DNA of 63,036 nucleotides, the filler included, from Vannella sp. (lineage: Eukaryota), in assembly GCA_023345925.1 (NCBI GenBank). It is 6 parts of 6 records of this genome, joined end to end, with 100 filler letters (N's around TTAATTAATTAA, not from the genome) between each part and the next. Parts side by side here need not be neighbours in the genome. Positions count along the whole stretch, not along the records: positions 1 to 12,872 come from JAJQQN010000596.1; positions 12,973 to 25,923 come from JAJQQN010001194.1; 4 more parts are not named here. One strand, written 5' to 3'. The position numbers and the translations under genes are program-made. Each line of letters begins with the position of its first letter. The first letter of the stretch is position 1. The notes under the pieces are model-generated. The model worked only from the letters and a program-made list of their open reading frames with translations. It ran no database searches and was not told the DNA's origin. Of the stretch, positions 9,934 to 20,249 are shown in pieces.

Positions 9934-11279
9934 ATGACCATGAGAAGCGCTGATGAGTCCCAAATCCATCACGAAGAGGTCACTACGGAGGAAGAGGGGC
10001 GAACCAAGTTGAACTTGTTACCGAGCGCCAAGTACTCTGCTGCAGGCCTTCACCAGTATCGGTGGCAAAGAACCCCTTACACGGCACCAAGCATGGACTT
10101 GAGTGCACAAACAATGGCGCCCCCTCCCATCTCAGTGGACGAGTACGTCCACCTTGGTTGTTGTTCCGTTCGTCCCTGACAGCCTTGAGCAGCTTGGACA
10201 TCAACTCGATGGAGAGAGGGAGAGTTCACACAGCATGGATCAACCTTCTGCAGGACGGATGCGGAGAATGGATGAAGATCCCAGTCATTGTCGCTCGCGG
10301 ATCTCGAGAAGGACCAGTCTTCGGCATTACCGCCGCTGTTCATGGTAACGAACTGAACGGAGTCCCGGGAATCCATCGTTTGATCTCGAACCTGAACGTC
10401 AAGAAGCTCTCAGGAACTGTCATCGCCTGTCCGGTTGTGAACATGTCAGGCTTCTTGGACTACACACGCAACTTCCGTGATGGCAAGGACCTTAATCGAA
10501 CCTTCCCTGGTAAGGCCACGGGAGACGCCTCCCAACAGTACTGCCACGCTGTCATGGTCAAGCTTGTACGCCACATGGAGTACCACATCGACCTTCACAC
10601 AGCCAGCTTTGGTCGAGTGAACTCGTACTACATCCGAGCAGACATGCAGGACCCCATTGTCGCTGACTTTACTTGGCTGTGCAACCCGCAGATCATTCTC
10701 CACAACAGTGGACAAGATGGCACTCTGCGAGGTGCTGCGACAGAAATGGGGATTAAGAGTCTCACCATTGAAGTGGGGAACCCCCAAACCTTCCAGTCCC
10801 GCTTCATCTCGTGGACTTATGCGGGAGTGAGACGCCTTTTGCACTATCTGAAGATGTACCATCTTTCAGATATCTCTGTTGGCCCCCCCAACAAGGAGAA
10901 CATCATTCTTTGCAACGGAGGTTACTGGATGTACACCAGTTGTGGAGGAATCCTTGAGGTTTACCCTCGTAAGAGAGCCCCGCTATGGAGATGACAACAT
11001 TAGACTAACTCCTTGTAGCGGTGAATGCCTTGGTGAAGGCCGGAGACCTTATTGGAAGAGTGAAAACTATCTTCGGCAACATTGCTGAAGAGATTCACGC
11101 TCCAGAGGCCGGTGTTGTTGTTGGGAAGAGCTCCAACCCAGTAGCTTTCGCTGGAGATAGAATTCTTCATCTTGGCAAAGGTGGGAGCATTCTTCGTATT
11201 CTCCTTATACTCTTCTCACTCTCGTTTAGCACACGACATCACCCAACCCCTCGGAAAGGCACACGGAGAGAATTATTGA
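9934..11279 (+). CDS. Succinylglutamate desuccinylase/aspartoacylase (AstE/AspA, M14) zinc hydrolase
   Basis: AAVHGNELNG, DLNRTFPG, IDLHT, IEVG motifs, C-terminal barrel-sandwich with GDRILHLG; three introns; ends GENY* at 11279. Confidence 0.9.
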
Positions 11280-11309
11280 TTTTTTTGCGGCACCAGAGGA
11301 AGAAGTTGA

Positions 11310-12843
11310 CTAACGGAGGAATAAACAGTATAACACCAACACTATCACCATGGAGAGGAGATAAACCAGCCATTTGCGACTCTGAGAAGTTTGCTGGAGG
11401 CTAAGAGAAATGAGAATGATTCTGTTTCCGTTCCATTGGGTGACTTACAAGACCTCCTGATTCCTTTGAATGGTCTCGTTCTTGCGAGCAATCTCTTCCT
11501 GCAAAGCCAGAACCTTCGCAGCGAGTTGAATATCGCGGGAACCTTCCTGTCCGCCTCTGCGTTGCCGAAGAAGATCCGCCTTTTCAGTGGCGGAGGCAGA
11601 AGCCAAAGAAGCTTCCTTCTGCTTGTAGTTTTGTTGGATATTGGCGAAAAGGGAAGCTTTGAGATGCTCCATTTTGATTTCCTCTGGCTGCTGAAGGAAG
11701 AGTTTGAATGACTTTTGGCAGTCCATTCCAATAGAGACTGGCCAAGAGGCCAGGTCCTCTGAAGAGGCGCCCAGCCACTTCAAGAAATACTTGTTTTTCG
11801 TTCCAGGCAAAAGTGACTTATCAACGGGCGGGGGCGGGCTTGGTTCTTCCTTAGGAGGGGAGGATTGACCTTGATTCGCTTGATCCTCTTCCGAAGCATC
11901 AGCTTCACTCTCCTCCTCTGGGGCACTTGAAAAGTCCACAAACTTTGGTGCTATTTCAACATTTGGGAGGGGTTGGACAGCCTCCGGTTCTCTTACAGGC
12001 ACTGTCAGTGTCTCAGGAGGGGTTTGGATCACAATTTCACGAGACTCGTTCTCATTTTGAGTCTCAGGTACATGTTCTGGGGTCGATTGCATCGGGGGAA
12101 CCTCAGAAAAGGAGGGTTCTCTATTCAGGGCGACTTCAAAGTAGTCTGAATGAACGACTTCAGTGTCCAATGAGACGCTTTTCGTTTGAACTTCCTCTGT
12201 TTGAGAGTCATCTATCGCAGTGATTGGTGAAGAGGACTTGTAGCTGGTCGACTCTGCAGAAGGAAGCTCGATGTGAGCTTGAGCCGCGATACATTCCCAG
12301 AGGCGGTGAAGCCACTCCGTCTTCTGAGCCTCTGACTTTGTGAAAATGACAAAAGTACGCTTTGAAGTGAAGATACGGAACTCCACTGCCTTCTGTGAGG
12401 GCGAAAACGAGCAAACGAAGAGTGATTCCCACCTTTGAAGCGCGTGGCGCTCTCGTAAACGTCTTCAACCCTGAGAGTGGCGTGTATGGCGAGGAAGATC
12501 TTCATCCGGTAGGTCTTCCCCATCTTCTTGGTGATCAAGAGCAAGTCGTTGAAGAGAAAGAGGTCTCGACACTTCGCCCTTCGCTCCTTCTCATCCCAAA
12601 GCCCCACCTCTCCTTCTCTTTAATACCTAGTCAATAGGACATCAGCGACAGTCACCCATATCACTCACCCAATGAACCTGCGATCAGCTGCGTTGGTGAT
12701 CAGCTCCTGTTCACCAGTCAGCCCTACAACGCCAACCAAACCAAGATCACAAAGTACAGCACCTTTGGTTTGGGACTAAGCATGTCATAGACGCGCTGAA
12801 CCTCATCAGGAACGCCAGGAGTGAACTTCGGCTTGGCGAACAT
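11310..12843 (-). CDS. PH-domain protein with acidic linker, coiled coil and C-terminal transmembrane tail
   Basis: RDLFLFNDLLLITKK..FVIFTKSEAQKTEWLHRL PH; last exon (11310-11400) gives RKWLVYLLSMVIVLVLYCLFLR*. Confidence 0.7.
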
Positions 12844-12872
12844 TCCCAAAAGAGCCCAAAAAACAATGAAAA

Positions 12873-12972
12873 NNNNNNNNNNNNNNNNNNNNNNNNNNNN
12901 NNNNNNNNNNNNNNNNTTAATTAATTAANNNNNNNNNNNNNNNNNNNNNNNNNNNNNNNNNNNNNNNNNNNN
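12873..12972. other. Artificial contig linker
   Basis: 44 N + TTAATTAATTAA (stops in all six frames) + 44 N. Confidence 0.97.
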
Positions 12973-13505
12973 TATCCTTGCGGATATATTGATTTACAAG
13001 TATAAAATTTAAAGAACAAATATTATCACATCTAGGCAGGATTCTGGCTTAGAGGCGTAAAATAATGAAGCATTTACTCTGGGTTACGTCTAGTTCACTG
13101 GACGAAAGTGGTCGTAACCATGTCTCGTAGCTCGCCACTGTTCCAAGTTCTTGCAGAATGTCCCCTGTTCGTTGTGCTGCAGATTGGGTGGCGAGCGCGG
13201 TTCTCATCTGGAATGAGGAGTTTTCGAGGAGCTCCTTCCAAGGCACCTCCTCAGCCCACAACAGGCTCCGTTCTCTGTAAACCTAGTCAGAAGCGCTAAC
13301 CCATTGCCAATCAAACATCCATGACCGGACGAGGACGCTGATGATTCCCAAACAACCAAGCTCCCTCCCAACCTGAGAAGGGCGTGTCCAGGAGAAGGAG
13401 TTGCTGCGGCATCTGTCGGCAACTGTCAGAAGCCACAACGCCTCTGGAAGGGCCTCCTAGGCGGGTTGATGCTCGAAGCACAACATTTGTTTGTGTCCGT
13501 GTGGG

Positions 13506-15227
13506 ATGAGCCGCTCTCCGCCTCGGAAGTTGCAAAGGGTCCGAGTGTATGCGTGTGACTGGTGTAGGGCGAACAAGAAGAAGTGTAATGGCCTGCACCC
13601 GTGCCAAAGATGTTCCCAGTCGCAGTTGTCGTGTTCCTTCAGCGGTTCTGCTGCTGAGTTGATGACTCGCAGTCCATCACCACCGCATGCTCTCTCTAAA
13701 GAGGTTCAAATGGTTGACTTGACAGTCACAAGAAGGTACTTCCAGCTGTTCAACTCGGCCTTGAGACCCCTCTTCTTGAGCGAAGGCGACTTTGACTACG
13801 CGCTGCTGGCTCAATCGGGCTCAGTAGTGCATCAACTGCAGTCCTATTCGATCCTTGCATCGATGTATTATAACTTTGGAGGCTCTCCGAGTCTCTGCTT
13901 GGACTACGAACATCGGGCGAGGCGCGCTGCCATGGAGTTGTTAGATGAGTTCACTCTGGAGGCTGCAAAAGGGTTCCACTTGTTAGCCTTCCACTACTGG
14001 GGACGCAACAATGACAAAGCCGAGCATTACCGATGCATATCCCTCTCTATCAGTCGGAGAGTTCTAGCAAGAGGAGATGCGGACCAAGAGAAGGCGACTC
14101 GGCTCTATTTGAGCACTCTGGCTATCTCAGAAATATACGAGCCGTCATTAATGAGTGACTACGACCTGCTTTTCCAGCACCAACCGCGAGCAGGTGGCTC
14201 CAGGCCATCCCAACGCGTCGAAATACTGCCTCAACGCGTTCTCCTTCCTTTCCGAGCCAACATCACCCAGAATACGGAATTGAGCACGGAAGAGCTCCAC
14301 TTTTACATTCGCTTCCGTGTGGAGATAAGCTCCTCGTTATTGAAGAGTTCTGGTGTTCGAGGGGAGAACCCTTTGCGAGGTATTGACCCAGATACTTTTC
14401 AACGACTCTCCGATATGTTACAGGAGACTGTTCACATCATGGGCCGACATCATGTCAAGCATCCGTATCCCATTCTCCACCAAGTGGTGGGTCCTCTTCT
14501 TTTTGGGATTCTTTACTGTGCAGGGTTTAGGCACTTGTCTCTTTCTTCCATTCATCAAGCTCTTCTGATTCTGGAGTCAAACCAATCTATCATAGCTCAC
14601 ATGAACCCGTTTGTCATCAGCGTTCTTCAGATGGCTTTCTTTGTATCTTACCACCAATCGGATTATCATCTGGCTCACCGTATTGTTAACCAACAAAAGG
14701 CCTTAGCAAACATATGGCCTTTCGTTCACCAGCAAGTCACTTCAAACTTGCTTATGTTGGAGATTCTCTCAATCCCAACCCCTCTTTCGCACGGCTCATT
14801 GCCAAACAGGGTTAGTGCTGGCCAAGCGCCATCAGTTTATCCGGAGACTGCCAGCTATCCAAGTAACTCATTTAAGGATGAGCTGTTTGAGTTAGAAGGC
14901 GCTAATTCCCACACAAGCCCTTGTTGGTCCACATTTGAGTCTCCACCAGCTCCTTACCCAAGCATATCTAACGTCCAGCCACAATCATCTTGGTCCACAT
15001 TTGAGTCTCCACCAGCTCCTTCCCCAAGCATATTTAACGTCCAGCCACAATCACCTTGGCCCACATTCGACTCTCCACCAGCTCGTTCCCCAAGCAAACC
15101 TAACGCCCAGCCCCAAAGGAGCAACCAAACAAGCTTCTTATGGAACAGCATCGACAAGAAACCAGCCAACCCAAACCGTCCGGAGGAAAGTCCATTTCCG
15201 GGCATTCCATTTGAATTGTCCGGATGA
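13506..15227 (+). CDS. Zn(II)2Cys6 (GAL4-like) transcription factor, intronless
   Basis: ACDWCRANKKKCNGLHPCQRCSQSQLSC binuclear cluster followed by helical middle region. Confidence 0.85.
   Translation: MSRSPPRKLQRVRVYACDWCRANKKKCNGLHPCQRCSQSQLSCSFSGSAAELMTRSPSPPHALSKEVQMVDLTVTRRYFQLFNSALRPLFLSEGDFDYALLAQSGSVVHQLQSYSILASMYYNFGGSPSLCLDYEHRARRAAMELLDEFTLEAAKGFHLLAFHYWGRNNDKAEHYRCISLSISRRVLARGDADQEKATRLYLSTLAISEIYEPSLMSDYDLLFQHQPRAGGSRPSQRVEILPQRVLLPFRANITQNTELSTEELHFYIRFRVEISSSLLKSSGVRGENPLRGIDPDTFQRLSDMLQETVHIMGRHHVKHPYPILHQVVGPLLFGILYCAGFRHLSLSSIHQALLILESNQSIIAHMNPFVISVLQMAFFVSYHQSDYHLAHRIVNQQKALANIWPFVHQQVTSNLLMLEILSIPTPLSHGSLPNRVSAGQAPSVYPETASYPSNSFKDELFELEGANSHTSPCWSTFESPPAPYPSISNVQPQSSWSTFESPPAPSPSIFNVQPQSPWPTFDSPPARSPSKPNAQPQRSNQTSFLWNSIDKKPANPNRPEESPFPGIPFELSG
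14924..15121 (+). repeat. 66-nt coding tandem repeat (3 copies; WSTFESPPAPxPSIxNVQPQSx)
   Basis: ttggtccacatttgagtctccaccagctcct recurs at 14924, 14990 and (variant) 15056. Confidence 0.85.
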
Positions 15228-15318
15228 AACTAATTTAGCAGTGCCTAGTTCTAAATTAAGCTTTGTCGTTATAATTGATTCGATTCAATCCCATTCTTTT
15301 CTTTCACCATTCCTCCAG

Positions 15319-16583
15319 GGTCGAGGCTGACGTGCGCTTGCACTCCCTGCAGGCTGGCCAAGAAGAAGTGCGACGGCGCTTCTCCTTGTGCGCGGTGTTT
15401 GAGTCTGAGAGTGGAATGTTCGTTCCCTTCGGGGCGCTTCCCGTTGATGGTTTCGCCTCAAGAGCAAGCACCACCGGTCGAAGAGGAAAGCTGGGCGAGC
15501 GTGCAGTGGAACGATCCATCACGGGCTACAGATGACTTTGGACGTTGTTTTACCCCTTTCTCTTTCTTTGGTGGGCTGAAGAGTGACCTGCAACAGGCAT
15601 TGCTCCCCGCCCCTCTCATGGTTGAAGTCGCCGTTGTGCGGGCGTACTTGTTGCAGATCCAAGGCATTCTTGAACACGAACGAGATCAACTCATCGTTAT
15701 GGCTACTACGGAGGCTCATCAACTCCACGACGAGTTCTCTTTCGGCGGAGTTCAAACTTTCTCGCTTCTTGCTTTCTACTTTATGACTCAGGACCGCTGC
15801 AAAGGCCGCTTCTATCGTGATATCGCGCTTTCTCTTTGTCGTCAGCTTCGCTCTGTGTCTGATACGTTGCTGCAGCTGCACTTGGCCACTCTGGACATGG
15901 CGGACTTGTTTGACAGGACCCTCGCGCAGGACTTACATCAGGTCAAGGGGGAGCTTCAAAGGTCGACGAACATCTCTCTTGGTGTTGTCTCTTCTATTGA
16001 CTGTCCCTTGACGACACAAGGAATGATGGTTTGGCTGAACTTCCGAGCCGAGTTCGCTCGTCTGGTGAAGGTCAATGAGGACTTTCAGCAGTCAGTTCCC
16101 TTTCAGTTTTCACGAGCAGATGGTCTATATGTTGAAGAGCTGTTTCGCAATGCCGTCACTGCGTTGGGGGTGATCAAGAACGCTCCTCTCTTCCACTATG
16201 TTTGGGCCATCAAATCCTCGTTCAAGGCCCTATTGGCCTCTTCGAGTGGCCAGATCTCTCGAGCAATGGCGTTCTTAGGCAATGTTGTTACTCACTTCGA
16301 GAGCCATCCAACGCTCCTTCCTCTCACAGGAGTCCTGTTTGCCCAACTTTTTGACGCTCTCTTCCGAGTTGCCATTTTCTATCGGGATATCTCTCTGGCC
16401 TCCTCTTTTCATCTACTGCAGAAAGAACTGGTTCAAAAGTATCCTGTTTCAGCTGTTGTAGCTGAAGCGCAGGCGCTGATACTGTCCAGCCTTCAATGTG
16501 ATACTCTCTCATCTGAACCAAAGTCGTCGGTTTGGCTTTCTTCTGTTGAACTTCCTCAGCTTCCACACCTCAGTCCGTACTGA
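15319..16583 (+). CDS. Second Zn(II)2Cys6 transcription factor, tandem paralogue; start codon not found
   Basis: ACTPCRLAKKKCDGASPCARCLSLRVEC in frame upstream of ORF 15399; LHDEFSFGGVQTFSLLAFYF parallels LLDEFTLEAAKGFHLLAFHY; in-frame stop at 15276, acceptor-like ttcctccAG at 15318. Confidence 0.75.
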
Positions 16584-16633
16584 AAAAGCAATTTCTCTGA
16601 GTTTATGTCAACGCTGCCATAGGTCGAGCCCTC

Positions 16634-19600
16634 TTAGGGAGCGAGAATGTGCTGGTAATCGCGCAGTAGTTTTTCGTGAAGAGAGGAACTGTTGTTGGTT
16701 AATATGAATTGATTATTTGAGCAGAGATCTTAATCTTACCATCCAGGATGAGATTGAGCGAAAGAAATCCCCAGTTTTGCCCACTCGTCTACGAAAGGAG
16801 ATCCCCGACGAGAGAAAGAAACGGCAATGTTCCAGGCCTTTGAATAGATAAACTTAGAAAACTATGGCGTTGGCGTGAATAGTGAGTGAGAATGAACTTA
16901 CCTGTGCAGCGAACCACTCGACATCCATTTCTGAACAGCTCCCTGTGCTCTGGACAAATTCGAGGATTTCTTGATAGACTGTCACCTCTCTTTGTCTTTC
17001 AACTAGAAGACGGTAAATTCGACAAACTGCGGAGTGCTGCAATTGAGGCTCTCGTTTGAGTAAGTAGATGGCTTCCCTCAAGAGTGAAATGGCAGCTGGG
17101 GAGGGAATGGTTAGAAGCTTCTATGCAAATCATCAGGTGGTTCATTACTCTGCAAAGAAGTGCACTGGAAAGTTGAAAGACTCTCCAAGAAGGTGTACTG
17201 AAACCCAGCGACAGACGAAGACGCCTGAAATAGATAAGTCATGTTCTTGAACAAGTAGGATCCCTCACCTTGATTCTTTGCTGAGAAAGGGATCCCACTT
17301 CAAGGAGGGTGACAGCCATCGAGAAATACTCCAGGCTGCCTTTCCACGAAGGCATACTGGTTCCATGGCTCGCAGCCCACAGAATGGCTTCACTCAATAA
17401 TCCCACCTTCTCCGAAAGGATAGTGCATGCGAGTTTGGCCTCGCTAGATACCTATGAGGGATTAGACTGGTACTTTGATACTGACACCTTACGCGAGATT
17501 CCTCCAGCAAACTGGAACAATGCATAATCAAGACTGAGACGCAGAATTCAAACGGATCTTTGCATTGTTTGCGGAGCTGGCGAATGATGTCAACAAGATG
17601 ATCCCCCTTAAATTTGTCTCACCTGAAATGCAACTTCGAGCAGAGACGCAGCCACTTTCCATCGCTGGCGTTGCAGTTCTTCAATTCTAACAGGGAACTC
17701 AGTAAGCAAGAATCTTCTGAACAGAGGGCCTACGCAATATTCCAGCAAACGTCACTCATCAGAGTAAAAGAGCTTTCTCGTGTTTGAGGGAGGAAGAGTG
17801 AGTCCATAGATTGCTCCTTGATCATGGATATGCACGCTTTCATCGTCACTGCCATCTGCACAGAGGAGGACGCGAGATACTGTCTGAAGAAAGGGGGTGA
17901 GTAAATCTCGGATTCACTAAATCACTTTGAGTACTTTTCGAAGCTAAGGTAGCTTAATCTGCACCAATTGACCAACAATTCTCCAAACTTTCCGTCAGTC
18001 AATGATGCTCTTGGCTCCTGAATGATGCGAGCAAGTGCAGCGATAGCTGTCTCAACCTTTCCGCTCTAATGAAGTTAGAACAGCCATAAGGAATAGTTAC
18101 TAACAAGATGAGCTGCATCCGCCATCACCTCCATGTAGAGAGAGAAGTCTACTGAATTGGAGCTTGGTACGTTTCGAAGTAACTCAAGGAGAGTGTCTTC
18201 GTCTGCAATACATTAGTCATAATGAATCCAGATGGAGAATTACTCACCGTCTGGGCTACAATCTCTCAAGGTTATGAGGAATCTCACGTAGTGTGATGCA
18301 AGGGCATTGGGCTCGTGATGTTCAGCAGATAGTAGAACTCCTCTAGCATTGTCCAAGTCATCCATCTGTAGATGGCATCTGGCAAGCCATCTAAGTTGAT
18401 TTGAGTGAAGCGAATAGGAATTGAAGTAGAGGAAGCCACCTATAAACCTTAGCCAAATCTGAAGAAGCGGTGGGGAGCAAAAATTCACTACTGAGGCTGA
18501 ACCAGCGGATTGCTCCTGCATGATCTCCTCTCTGCTCAATTGAGTCGACCATTTGAAGAGATAAGAACCTACTTCGAACTGAGCAATTGCCATTGTGATG
18601 AGCTCCGAGTGAAACTTCACATCAAGAGTGTGTGAAGAAAATCCCAGAACTTTTCGTCTGGCAACAGATGATGCGAACTCAAAAGTCCTCTCTAAGTCTT
18701 GTCGATGGGCCAGAATTTCAAGACGTGCCATCCAGTTGAGGGCCAGATCCTCCGGTTGAGAACTCCAAAGAGCCTCAGCTTGAGAAAGGACTGCGAGCGC
18801 TCCCTCAACACTGGAACTGTTAGGAAAATTCGGATTTGCCTTCAACTTACTGATTTGCCTTCTCTGTCATCATGCATGCGGAGATGATGCTGCCAGCAAA
18901 TGTAAGTAAATCACCAATTCGGAATTTCATACGTTTTGGTGCAGGTGACATGTCGAGCCAGATCTTGCAAAGACTTTACCACAATGGCCCCACTGAATTC
19001 GCCTCGAAGGGATATCTTCAAGCGAAGCAAGTAGCCAGAAGGAGAAGGCGATTTCTGTACTCCGTTAATCAGACTTTGGTCACCTTGTACAGGGCTCACC
19101 TCATTTGCAATCGTGACTGTGGTGTTCGCGCTCTCTGCGTCCCCGAGCTGAAGGTGACAATGGGCTAGTAAACGAAGGCTTCTGGCCAACTTCGAGGGCT
19201 TTAAGCTTCCAGATGCTTCATACACTTCGATTGAATGCGTCAACCTGCGACGTAAATCAGATTTCACTGAACTAAAGGCGCAACTTACCAGGTAATTGCA
19301 TCTGGGAAACTGTCGGTTTGGAAATATCGGAGAGCTGAGTTGTACAAACTCATCGAGAGTGAGTAGTGTTCATCAGGTGTGGACAATAGTTGTTTTGCTC
19401 GAGACAAGGAATCTATGGCAGATTCTGAAGACCTGCAAGCCCAGTACTTCAAAGGAGTAGTGGTGAGAAGAAGAATCAGGCAGTGAAGTCTTACCCAAAA
19501 GGAGCGTGCAGTCAAGAAGGAGACAATGGCAGACTTCAACTGTGGAGGAGCACTTCCCACAGCCTCTTCACATTTCTTGTAGAGAGGTTCGCCTGCAAGC

Positions 19601-20132
19601 ACAAAATCACCAGCTTCCACTGATTTGTTGAGATCTGCTAAAATGTGAGCAATGTAATGCTGTAAGGCGAGTGACTACCTAGCAAGCTTTGAATTGTGAG
19701 TGCCAGGAACTTTAGGCAAGTGGTGACAATCTCTAGATCAAGACTGGGAAGGATTGACTCTGCACGGACAAGAAAGTTGCAAGCTGTCGCTCTCACTGGA
19801 TCTTCTTAGGAAAGACCAGTTTGGAATGCCACCTACATGAAGCGCACTCTTCCTTTTGGACGTTGGTACGTCTTGCCATAACCACTGCTGCATTCCACAG
19901 GCGAACACCTTCCTCCCACTTAGCTTCTCCATACTCCAAAAGAGGTCCATTTACCCAGCACTTCCAAGGTCTTTGGATTCGTCAACTCAAACACGGACAA
20001 AGACTTCAAACCCAGGTCGACGCTTGTGATGTCTTCCATCCGCACATCCTTTCCTGCCTTCGTCCGACCCTCCAAATCCTCCACTGCCGCTACGCGCCCC
20101 AGTTTAGACAGTGTGGAGCAAGGAGAAGCCAT
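16634..20132 (-). CDS. ZIP4: SPO22/ZIP4/TEX11-like meiotic TPR protein, many exons
   Basis: EEGVRLWNAAV..VRATAC, LYNSAL..AITW, LRLLAHCHL, RWLARCHL..SAE..EPN, terminal EWFAAQAWNIAV..EWAKLGI match ZIP4/TEX11 pattern. Confidence 0.6.
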
Positions 20133-20249
20133 CGTACCTGAAAGATTCACCAAGACTGAAGCATTCATCAGCGAAGGAGGCAAGAAAGTGGTGAAACAGA
20201 GGCTCTGATGCAAATCCCAAAATATCTCCAAAATATCTGGCAAGTGATT

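Noticed and set aside
12917..12928. TTAATTAATTAA as a biological repeat or piggyBac site
   Set aside because: Centred in fixed-length N runs five times; assembly linker
13049..13422. Short minus-strand ORFs upstream of the Zn2Cys6 gene
   Set aside because: No motifs or consistent exon structure; likely promoter/UTR
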